Assembly: GCF_000150275.1 (NCBI RefSeq)
Contig: NW_002060951.1
Span: forward strand, 2,366,297 to 2,430,296
Direction: 5' to 3'
Length of the DNA: 64,000 nt
Origin: Trichoplax adhaerens
Lineage: Eukaryota > Animalia > Placozoa
Part shown: positions 43,771-54,800 of the stretch, one piece after another
Layout of the letters: each line of letters begins with the position of its first letter
Numbering within the stretch: position 1 is the stretch's first letter
The notes under the pieces: generated by a model
The model's database searches: none
What the model was told of the DNA's origin: nothing
What the model saw: only the letters and a program-made list of their open reading frames with translations
Program-made: the position numbers and the translations under genes

Positions 43771-44502
43771 TGTTTTGCTGGTGTAACAAATGCAACCAAT
43801 CAACGATCGATATTTCCAGAGTGGGGGTGGCAACGTAAAGAATGTGTGAAAAATTTCTTTAATTTTTATAGTAATATAAAAGTTATGTTATTATCGGTTG
43901 CAGCTCACATAACTTCGGTTCTGAAAACGTTCCAAGATTTGACATAACGGCTAAAAAAGTGCTCCAAACGTTCGTGTGTCCACCTGAATGTACGTACTTA
44001 TCACTTGTCTCTTCTATTTTCCTAGATGAATTCAAAATTTCGTATACGTACTGTAAGTACAGTGTTATTAACCTTAACCTGGTCTTCTAAAACTAGATCC
44101 TGCTATCATATCAGAATAACTCTTACAGCCTCGATTTGCTAGAACTTGCAGATTGAACCCTTGGTTAGCAAGACCTACGAATACAGTACGCAATTATTGT
44201 AAATAACACGTAACTAATGATAATTGTTAATCGCCATAGTTGCAGCGACTTCACCTTTCAGATCAACTCGATCCCACATTTCTTACCGTAACACCAAAAG
44301 TACAGTACAGTATTCGTAATCATGATTTACACCAATTTTCAACCATGTTAGGGTAGCTTTTAGTATACTAAAGTAATGCTGTAGCACAACTTTATTAGGA
44401 TCGTATATAATAGCTATTCTGCCGTTTTCTACTTCTACTTACCTTAAAATTTTGAAATTATGAAACTTAGATCAATTCTATCCAAAGTTAACAGGATCCA
44501 CA

Positions 44503-47249
44503 ATGGGTCGAAAACTACTTAAATCTGGTAGGTTGAAAGTCTCCTAATGACGATGTATCTTATTATAATTATAATTGTAATCAATAATCCGCTGTAACAA
44601 TTACTAATCATAAGTATCGATCATTGCGCTAATACTTCTGTAGTTCTATGGCTTATTCAGTTAAATTATTTCGAAGCATCTACGTAGATCTTTCGATGTA
44701 TAAATCTAGGATATTTTTATTACTTGTGTTACATTGCAATTTGCACGGTATATGAACTGTTAACAGCACACATCTCAGTATCGCTAAGAACTGTAGCTCG
44801 CTCGGGCTTGATGCCTTCGTATCAAATCATTATACTGTATCAAAAAGTGGTTAAAAGTTTAAAGTAGTACCATGGTAGTTTGTCTGCGAAGCGACTGGAA
44901 GTTAAGCCACCGATCGATTAATTTGTATTATAAACGCGTGTTGAAGTGTACAATGTCAATGTACAGACCGCTTAAATCTATTATGTTAGGATAATTTTGT
45001 CCGTGTGTGTGTATACTTTTCAGTACATAATAACGCGAGTAGTAACTACTTAAAAGGTCTTCTTTTAAACGAAGACTGTAATGTAGTACGCTTGCATAGT
45101 ACTAGGAAGTTACAGTCATCTGAAGTGATCCCAAATTTAAGATGCTAAAGAAATACGAAATTCTTGACGCAGTAACTTTAATGCTGGTAGTTACTAACAG
45201 TAGTTAAGTAATTGATTAATATTCTACTATATTGCAGTTCTGGATATCTATAAATCAAAACGTAAATAGTGGCTACGCAGATCTTGTATTCTCTAAAAGT
45301 GTACCGATGGTTATTGTACTGCAATTTTGCTTATGTAACTTAGAAATTTTTATAAGTATCTGCAGTAACAATTATAATTGCTCATACTCATTTAGAAAAT
45401 AAAAAACTGCCTTTAAAAGCCAACGGAGAAGCCCTTAAAAGGTACAATATTTGTTCGTGACGCATACGGAAGTAGATTTTCAGTAACGAGTATGCATCAG
45501 TTCTGCACTTTAGACGTGTTGTATACAGCAGCTGATTCCCTACATTCACCACTGTAAAGGTACCGAGATATTTTATACGCATCTCTGCAGATTTACTGTT
45601 GACACTAAACTAGCTTTAAATAGTTTCTTGAATAACGTTGTGCTATCTCTTCAATGGAAATTTTTATTCTACAATATACTGATAGATAGAATAAGATCAT
45701 TGAGAACATTCTCTGTATTAATTAGTAATCCACTGCTATATATTGTCAATACCACTCAAGCAAGGCGCGTACGTAAATTCTCCCTTTAGAATAATGGTAA
45801 AAAACATTAGATTTCAAGAAATTGTTACCTCTATTCGACAGTGCCATAATATCTGCGATTTAGAGTACTGTACCTATCATAACTAACTAACATGATCTTG
45901 CAATGCTATATCACTCTGAAAATAATTAATCACATCAAGTCAAATATTATTGTATTATTAATTCGGTTATGCGAGTATATGAGCGATCGACGTGGATATT
46001 AAATCATACGCTGCATAAATGACAAGAATCTTCTAATCTGTTTATGCTTCTACTGTACTATTGTGTTCTCACGCTGTCATCGATTTATCTTTCATACTTG
46101 CAATATGTACGTGTCTTATCGTTTTAATAAATCCTCTCTTTGTCATAGTACTCTTTAATAGATTACAGTACACTAGGTTCTCGTATCTTATGGCAGGTAT
46201 ACTAATAAAATTTACGTAAACAAATATAAAAGAATGCTACCGACACGAGCAGGACTAAATAAACTATAAACCTACAGTACTTGAAGAACAGATTTTAAAA
46301 GCTTACTGTACTTTCATTAAGCTATGTAGGAAACCTTTCGCACTTGCAATCTTTAAATCATAACGTACTGCTTCTTTCAAAATGAATTTAAAGACACTGT
46401 TATTGTCAATTTTGCAGAAGTCACCCATCAGTTCCACCACTACAAACAAAAATCACAGATTTATTTCCTGTACGACGTAGTACAAGAAAATGCAAATCGG
46501 ATTTAAAGAACGCAGAAGAAGCTTTCATGATACAATACATTCTCACTAATAAAGAAGATGGAATACAGGTACATTAAATTGATTACATACTTAAAGCAAT
46601 TTAAAAGTAGCGTTTCATCGATGCAGGCGTCATCTAGTCGCACGATGCGACAAATTTTCTATTTAAATTATTTCAAATTTAGTAATAATAGATCAAATCA
46701 CGTTTACAATATATAGATGATTTATACTGAAGGCAAAGGTAGGGGTATTGTAACGACAAAACCCTTCAAGAAAGGTGATTTCCTATGTGAGTATGCAGGA
46801 GAATTAATCTCTCGAAAAGAAGCTTTACAACGCGAAGTTAGCTATGGTAAAGATCCAAACATTGGAAATTATATGTACTTTTTCTCATATAAAGGTTCTG
46901 ATTTTTGGTAAGAAACGAAAGCTACCTAACTAATTAATAAATATGCTATTTCTGAGATAATACTATTTTGTGTAAGTTTACAATAGAAACATTCGAAAAC
47001 GTACGTATATTAATCATTACGGTAAATTTCTCTAGTGTCGACGCAACGAAAGAAACTGATCGACTAGGGCGCCTTGTTAACCACAGCAGGAAGAACTATA
47101 ATTCTATCAGCAGGCTCATACCTATAAACGGTAACCCTCACCTTGTATTGATAGCGTATAGGGATATTGGAATAGGTGAAGAATTATTATATGATTATGG
47201 TGATCATAGCAAAAAATCTATTGAAGCTCATCCATGGTTGGAATTATAA
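44503..47249 (+). CDS. KMT5A: Histone H4K20 monomethyltransferase PR-Set7/SETD8
   Basis: Exons 44503-44527, 45396-45441, 46418-46568, 46717-46907 and 47036-47249 give MGRKLLKSENKK...QTKITDLFPVRRSTRK...GKGRGIVTTKPFKKGDFLCEYAGELI...YMYFF...CVDATKETDRLGRLVNHSRK...GEELLYDYGDHSKKSIEAHPWLEL. The SET8-specific C-terminus is present. The first two exons are less certain. Confidence 0.93.
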
Positions 47250-48019
47250 ATTTAGAATTGTATTTGTATAGAATATTCAGAGTATCTTCTTTTATCTTAC
47301 AGTGCAACGAACACTGAAAATCCTCTGTAAATTTTCTTATATACTATAATTATACTAAGTTATTAATTCTAAATAGCGCTCAAATAGTCCGTCTATCCGT
47401 AATAATTTTACTTAAAATGTAACGGTATATATATATGTCATATACAAACTATAGATTGTGACACGAAACTCTAATGAGAATCGTTACAAGTTATAAGCTG
47501 TATTATTTCATGAGTAAAGTGTTTTAATATTATTCTGTACAGTAAGTAGCAATCGCATATGTAAATTGTACAGTATGCTTTAGAATCTGTTTGATATACA
47601 GTACTATACTTCTTTCTGAATATGCTATGCACTCTGTGCAGCATATGGCACAAGGAATAAATAACTCCTTGTATTGCTATAGTCTACAATTATGTTACTG
47701 TACATTTCTTTTTAATATTCTACTACTATACAGTTTATATAATTTTTCTGCATATGTGTTAATATGCTATTTAAAGCGACTGTTCATAAATTCTTGAACA
47801 TTAAATTTTGACGCAATAAATTAAAATTTTTTTAATGCACACCACTATTTTCATTAGATCTTATTTATCGCATGAGGTATAGTATGATGTAAAGTAAAAA
47901 AGGACATAAAACTATAGATATTTCTCTCTTTCATCTACGGATAAAATCTTAGAACTCACTAGATATTGCAAAAGTAAAAAAATTTAGTAAAAATTTTTCC
48001 CAATAATTTAAGTTCACAG

Positions 48020-48170
48020 ACTCACTGTACTGTACAATACAGTACAGTAAGCTACAACGAACAATAGGATTGTATGGAGCACTGCGTATGATGCAAGTAA
48101 CGTGCTGTACAGTACTATAGTGTACAGTACAGAAAAGTAGTGTCTTGTACTGTACACTGTACAGTATGTA
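48020..48170. repeat. TACAG/TACTG array flanking the tRNA 3' side
   Basis: ctgtactgtacaatacagtacagta...gtactgtacactgtacagta. Confidence 0.8.
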
Positions 48171-48197
48171 ATTGAAAAATTGAAAAAAATTTATGAC

Positions 48198-48270
48198 TGG
48201 TCCGCATGGGGCTCGAACCCACGACCTTCGCGTTATCAGCACGACGCTCTGCCGACTGAGCTAACGGACC
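48198..48270 (-). tRNA. tRNA-Ile, anticodon GAT
   Basis: Reverse complement GGTCCGT TA GCTC AGTCGGCA GAGC G TCGTG CT-GAT-AA CGCGA AGGTC GTGGG TTCGAGC CCCAT GCGGACC A. All four stems pair, A and B boxes are intact, and a T7 Pol III terminator lies at 48183-48189. Confidence 0.95.
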
Positions 48271-48434
48271 ACTCCGACAATGTACATTCTACAATACCAT
48301 TAAAAACAAGATGTAGCGCTCAAACCTCACAAATTTCACCGGGATCGTAAAGACACGATTCATTCAATGAGTCACAGTATCGTACTGTAACTGTAAAACA
48401 TTTAGCAACACTTAATATTTTTACGTATTACATC

Positions 48435-48565
48435 ATAATGTACAGTATAGTACCGTGCAGTACTATACTGTAGTGTGCTGTACTGTACAGTATGGACCGT
48501 GACATACTGTACAATACAGTACTGTATACTGTATATTTATTTATAAACATTACTGTACTGTATAA
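48435..48565. repeat. TACAG/TACTG array between the tRNA 5' end and SQSTM1
   Basis: tgtacagtatagtacc...ctgtactgtacagta...tactgtacaatacagtactgtatactgta. Confidence 0.8.
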
Positions 48566-48608
48566 TATGGACGGTTTGTATTATATGCTGTATAATAACT
48601 TCTATATT

Positions 48609-48743
48609 TGCTGACTGTAATTGATTCAGCAAAACATAGACCTTAAAGACATTAAAGCATCGAAGCTTCAAATCCTAGAGCAGATACGTATATGTATATT
48701 TCTAAAGCGTTTGTTCTTTCCGCTGACTGTCGTTGATTCAGCG
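48609..48743 (+). promoter_or_regulatory. Duplicated Maf/CNC (MARE/ARE)-like module upstream of SQSTM1
   Basis: TGCTGACtgtaatTGATTCAGCA (48609-48631) and cGCTGACtgtcgtTGATTCAGCg (48721-48743): TGCTGA half-sites plus TGAnnnnGC-type cores. Confidence 0.5.
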
Positions 48744-48758
48744 AAATCTCCACTGTCC

Positions 48759-48773
48759 AGAACTTTCTAGAAT
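48759..48773. promoter_or_regulatory. Heat shock element
   Basis: aGAAc tTTCt aGAAt is three perfect alternating nGAAn units, ~140 bp upstream of the SQSTM1 ATG. Confidence 0.6.
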
Positions 48774-48911
48774 ATCGGGCGAAGTGCTTATATACTGAAC
48801 TCTCGGCGCTGACATTTACACTTACGATTTTACTCCGTTTCCTGTTTGGTCTCTGGAAAGACTTTCATTCATCAAATTTAAGCTTTTCAAGTATCCCCGT
48901 GTTCATCCGCA

Positions 48912-50565
48912 ATGTCTCTTATCGTTAAAGCTTATAGTGACGACGAAATCCGTCGATTCGCATTGGACCAGAACGTAACAACTAGTTACAACTATCTTTA
49001 TCAAAAGATTGGCACTCTTTTTCCAAATTTACTAAGAGATTCCTATGTACTAAAGTGGTGTGGTAAGCACTTATAGCGTATTTAGCCTGATTAAGCATAG
49101 CTTTACAATATTTTTAATCATTCGATTAATCAAACTCAGGATATGAAATTTAAAATTTTTGCTACTTCATGTATTGTATTGTGCTACATGCTCTGCGTAT
49201 ACCTTTACGCTCTTCATTGATACGGAACCGATAGTTGAAAATTGAAAATGATGTTAAGAATTTTTCTTGACAAGGATACAGTCCTTAATCCTTCACATAT
49301 TTAGGTTCTAGACACAGTAAAGATTGCTTGACTATCTTATCTCACTTTGTGTGGACTCTACTGTACTTACAAAATATATCCGCTTAAAAGAGTTATAATG
49401 TAAAAGCAACATCTACTTTGCTATGCTGCATCGTGCAGTAATTGGCTCTTAAGGACCATATACATTGTATAGGTGATAATCACTTCCATCGGTCACTTAT
49501 CGTAATTTCGTTTCAAAATCGTATTTACAATTGCAGATACCGATGGCGACCTTATCACTTTTTCGTCTGATGATGAATTGATTGATGCTCTAAGTAACAG
49601 GAATGATGAAATCTTCCGCGTATACATCAAAGGTAAACCTAAGTGTGACACTTCTTGTTTTATAGTAATTATATGATAAGTCATAGACACAATGGATGGA
49701 AATTTCGGATATGTTAGTCTGGTCCGAAATTCCTTCGTCATTGTCAGTAAACACTGAAGGCACTTGGCTTATTTATTATCTTATACAAGTGATTAAAGAT
49801 CGGCCGTAACAGTAACGATTCAGCGGTTATAAATCTTTTTAAAATTAATTAATATCATATTAAATTTAATATATAGACAGGCCGAAAGCTCCTTTCCCTC
49901 AAGCAGAATATCCACCTCATTGCAAGGCTTGGTGGTGGGGATACCCTGGTCAGAAACCACGCTGTGGTGGAAGGCCGGAAGGGTCTTGTAGATGGCGTAA
50001 TGGCTCTCGTAGATGGCAATCATGGATGGAGGAAGCCCAACGTTGGAAAGATCACAAAGAACAGAATTCGTCATTAAATGAAAACACTAACGAATCTTCT
50101 GAGAATGAAAATTCTGGAAACGTTTTCAATGCGTTTTGTCCTCAACAAATCAACCCCGAATTTATTAACTCTTTTGCTGCTAATATGCTAAGATCATTTG
50201 GCGTTGATCTGTCAGGATTTTGTCACACATCAAACGAGAGTAAGCCGGATCAACAAAATAGAGAAAGTGATAAGGGTTGTGACAGAAAGGACGAAGAGAC
50301 GAATTCTAAATTAGCCGATGGTGCTTGCGCAAGCGCTACAACTGCTGAATCTTCTGCAAATTCTAAACCATCACAGCAAATCAATCAAGATCATAATCCT
50401 GATATAAATGAGAACATCCAACAAGCCATAACTCAAATGGAAGCCATGGGATTCGACAATCAAGGAGGATGGCTTACTCGATTACTTGAGGCTAAAAACG
50501 GTAATATAAGCCGAGCATTGGAAGCTATTTATCCCAACAGATCTAAAGATTCGGGTCTTCAATAA
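48912..50565 (+). CDS. SQSTM1: Sequestosome-1/p62-like protein (PB1 + UBA; no ZZ finger)
   Basis: Exons 48912-49062, 49537-49632 and 49877-50565. PB1: [16 protein letters not shown]...[21 protein letters not shown]...IFRVYIK. p62-type UBA: [38 protein letters not shown]. Confidence 0.88.
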
Positions 50566-52821
50566 TAGCTCTGTAGAGTATGCTTTATAACAATTTGGCA
50601 TTATTAAATCATTTTAACCTATCATATTCGTCTCCATAACCTGGCTTGTACATTTATGATTATTGATCCTACATAATATTAAGCAATCTAATTTATTCCT
50701 AAACTAAATGTATGTAAAATGCATTTTGTGGAAAAAAATTACGTAATTTATCGAAAATCCATAGCATTATTGATTAGAAGCTTTTAATTGTGTCCTCACT
50801 ATTTGTTTCGGGTGTTTATATAATCTTTTCCATAATAGCTTTAATTCTAAGTGTTGAGAGTTTTATCTTTCTAGATATAATAAGATTATTCACGTATCTA
50901 TTGCACCCTATTGATGCTAATTACAAGAAACCCTACATGTTATGGATACTAACTATATCGTTGTATAGAATTTACTGCTATTAGTTAGATAATAAATAAT
51001 TATGTCAATGCATAAACAACTGTTACATATCAATTACTATCGAAATTTAGAGATTTTCATAAAATAAACTTTTAATATCAAGACTTTGGCAGTTTTAAAG
51101 TCGATGGCAAACTTCTCGCATGGGAATCTACTTATATTAAAGCAATTTTTTGCTGATGATTCCTTTCAGCTTTGATTCTATAGCCGTCATATACACAAAC
51201 CTTCTCTTTTTGGTTATTTTACAAAGTAACCAATTACTTTGTAAAAGCCCTATATTTCTTAAAGTAACCGTGACATACATAAAGGATATGGACATTCCAG
51301 TAGTAGATCAGTTTTTTTTTCAGTTTTATAGAATATTACGGTATCATTGTTACTCCCGTACTTATGATCACGGACTCCTATTTTGGATAATATTTCCTAA
51401 TATTGTATACTTTCCGCAATTACACTGAGTCTGAGAAAGAAGGCTATAAAATAAGATATGCTATCTGATTCACTGTAAAGCACAGTATGCAAATTCGCCT
51501 GACTATTATACATGAAATATTCGGTTCTTCACTAAGTATAATAAAACTAAGAATCATTTCTTTGTAGGTATTTACTATAGAATAACTACTCATGTTAAAA
51601 ATGCATCATACAGTATACAGTATTCATAGTGTGTATTATGTATAATATATATACTATAATCAGTCGATCTAATATCTACCATTAACAGCAATTACTGAAA
51701 CCCTTCTTAAGTCGTAAATACGTATTCGTATATATGATCGAAAATTTATCGGTATCGTCTCTGGTATCGGCTAAATGTTCTCCATGCATAAAACTTATTA
51801 TTCTGTTACAATCAATAGGTGTCTAACAGTAAACAAATTAATTAATTAAATATTATTCAGTGCGAATAGCTGACTATGAAACAGCGACCTTCTAAATACA
51901 TGCCATCATACGAAATTAAAATTAGATACGCAGAGATCAATTATATCCATTCTTATTTTTAAGCCCCATCATACCAGTAAAGAATTAGATATGATTTACT
52001 GAATAAAAAATGCCTTAGCACTGCAATTTGACCAAAATATAACACGAAATATTAGTGAATGCATGATCTTTTAAGTAAGCGTACTACAAATACCCTTTAG
52101 TTTAAATTTTAGTCCCTAAATGGTCCCATACTATCTACTAGACATACCTTTAGTAATCCATGACATTACTGTAAGTAAATTCACTCTCTCCAGTACCGTA
52201 CAGATGTAATTCGACAACGACGCTTTTGTCTTAGTTTTCGTCTTAGACTACAATTTTACTCGTTATTATTTGATTGCGAATCATACTCTAGGCTCCGTGA
52301 TTATGCAATATCATTGTAAAAATTAATTTATTAACGAAATCACATTTACTGATGGACACAACCTTACTATCAACAGTTCCAGTAAACCTTTGCAGCTTAA
52401 AATTTAAGAGTTCTAATTTAAATTTTTACAGTATACTGTACTGCACAAAGACCAAGATCTGGTGTGTTCTTGAAAGTGAGATCAAATTAATGTTAATGAC
52501 GAAACCTGATATTATCATTACGAATAATTGCATGATTGTTCGGCATTGAATAAGCTCAACTTCAAATAGCCAAGTATTTCTCAAATAAGCTGTTATGAAG
52601 CACGGTATTTCATAAGCCATTATCGCTACTTCCATAAAGTCCTTAAGAAACATTAAATTAAATTAATAGTATCAATATCGCACCTATAAGAAACCAAGTG
52701 CAAGTAAAAAGTAATTTCAGCCATTAAATCTACTCTTTCTCAAGCATTTTTAATCCGTGATCTTAATTTCAACAAATCAGGTTTGCGTTTTAGAGCATTA
52801 ACTTAATGGCTCAATAGTCTA

Positions 52822-54800
52822 TCAGGGACACTTCGCTCTCGTATCTTTTTCATTGCTCTTGTCTTTCTTATCCTTATCCAATAATTTATATAATGAAATA
52901 TCTTCCTCATCTTCTCTGATATCATGCATGTTCAACGTACTATATTCATTATTAGATCCTCTAATATAATGAAAATAGAGCATATACAAATATTACGAGA
53001 ATACCGTGATATCAGTTACATTATAGAACAAAGTGCTGAAGCATTAATCAACTCATTCTAACAGTAAACTTTTCGATATGCCTTACAGCAAGCAGTTTCT
53101 TTTCGACTACGGTATATTAAATAAATAATTAGGAGCAGAGCCTATTAAATCGTAAGTCAAGAGTTCGACTTTAGAACATAATGATATTATCAATCGCAAA
53201 CTCGAAAATGATAATGACCCGTATTAAGTTCCTTACAATTGTATTTAAATGAAATTGATAACTCACATGTGAAATAGCTATAAATCCTAAAAATCTATTA
53301 AAATTGTAATAAAAAAAGATTAATATCGTTGTACATTTAATTTCCTTAAAAGTATTTAGCACCAATAAAATAATTCCTTAACAAGAATAATAAAGGACCA
53401 TAAAAGGTAGCACCGATTCAAGCACTTTGACATCGATTAAAGTAACAGAATATACTTGTAGGTCTTAATGTATTATTTTAGATCGGTAATTGCAAACAGC
53501 TTCAATGGATCAATTATTTCAAGTACGGTACCTACCGATGATCCCAACAAAAGTTAAGAGATGACAAAGAAGCTAAGAAACTGCCGAATGTAGGTCCAGT
53601 AATTAATACTAGGCAACTTTGGTAAAATCCGAGCCAAATAATAAGACGACAAATCAGATACTGTACTAGTGCAATTTAATGTCTCATACTAACTAATAAA
53701 TAGCATTCTCATTACAAATAGCGTGTAACAAGTAACTTACCCGATGCAACGTGATAAGGTAAGCAAAGAAGATGCAACCGAGTAGACAGCTATATTATCA
53801 CCAACATTTTCGTCTCTGAATCAGTTTTAAAAAATTTTAAATCAACGATACAACAATGTATAACGAACTCATGAACTAATGTGTTTTATTCATTTTTAAC
53901 TATATGGCAAATTATGTCTTAAGTCAACCTTAACCATTAGCGGCTATATTAGCAGTGATGATTTCCTCGTCTACTATACCACGATTATCACGTATTACTG
54001 TACTCAATAGCTAGAAAAAAAATGACGGAAAATAGTAACGATATAAGCAATGACCTATAGTATTGTAAGAAAATTTTAGTATACCCACATCCATATCTTA
54101 TATTTTCAGTGATATCATATCAATTCAAGATTGAATTACAATTAAATAATCTTATAATCTTTCACATCTTCTTTTAGGTAAACAATGCTGTACCTGGCTG
54201 AAGAAAGTAAATCCGCAAAAACTGGAATATAAACGAAATTCATAGCTGTACCAAGAATAATCATTGAGACTATAATGATCGACAGTTTCCTAAATTAAAA
54301 TACCATAGCAGGTACCATAATAAGGTATAAATATACGCTTACCAAATAATAAATGAATACATAAAATCATGGTATTGCATTTAATTAATTAATGGATCTA
54401 TTTAGGAACACTTCAAATAGTAAATCTTACTCCCTTTTATAACTGTAATCTAAGTAAAGCTAAAGAATAATCTGTTATATGCTATATCTGATAAACTTTC
54501 TAGGCCATTAGAGACAAATTCCTTACAATTTTAAGTGAAAATATGGGGATGGAGCGATTAGTTGCAATGATATCCCTAGTAATATTAATCCTATAATTAT
54601 AAATGGTTTATGTCCCTATAAAAATAGCAAACAATTTCAATTTTCCTTTAGGGTTTGATTTCAATTCAATCGCAATAATTTTCAAATTAGATAAATATCA
54701 AAAGAGTATTTACAGACCAATTTATCGGCTAAAACACCAACTACAACTCCTAAAATCACATATACGCCAACCGGAATCGAAATAACGCTGGCAATCTGAA
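52822..54800 (-). pseudogene. SLC18B1-like MFS transporter, C-terminal half, apparently frame-disrupted
   Basis: Exon pieces: QIASVISIPVGVYVILGVVVGVLADKL (MFS motif A), GHKPFIIIGLILLGISLQLIAPSPYFSLKI, KLSIIIVSMIILGTAMNFVYIPVFADLLSSA, AVYSVASSLLTLSRCIG, LITGPTFGSFL, and an acidic tail ending RAKCP* at 52822. The GPTFG exon appears out of phase, a later segment has an in-frame TAA, and no convincing N-terminal exons were found. Confidence 0.55.

Noticed and set aside
48856-48867. GGAAAGACTTTC as an NF-kB site upstream of SQSTM1
   Set aside because: It does not fit the GGGRNNYYCC consensus.
50720-52660. Minus-strand exon-like fragments between SQSTM1 and the MFS gene
   Set aside because: No consistent reading frame or recognisable domain could be assembled. 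It may be decayed coding DNA but is unsupported.
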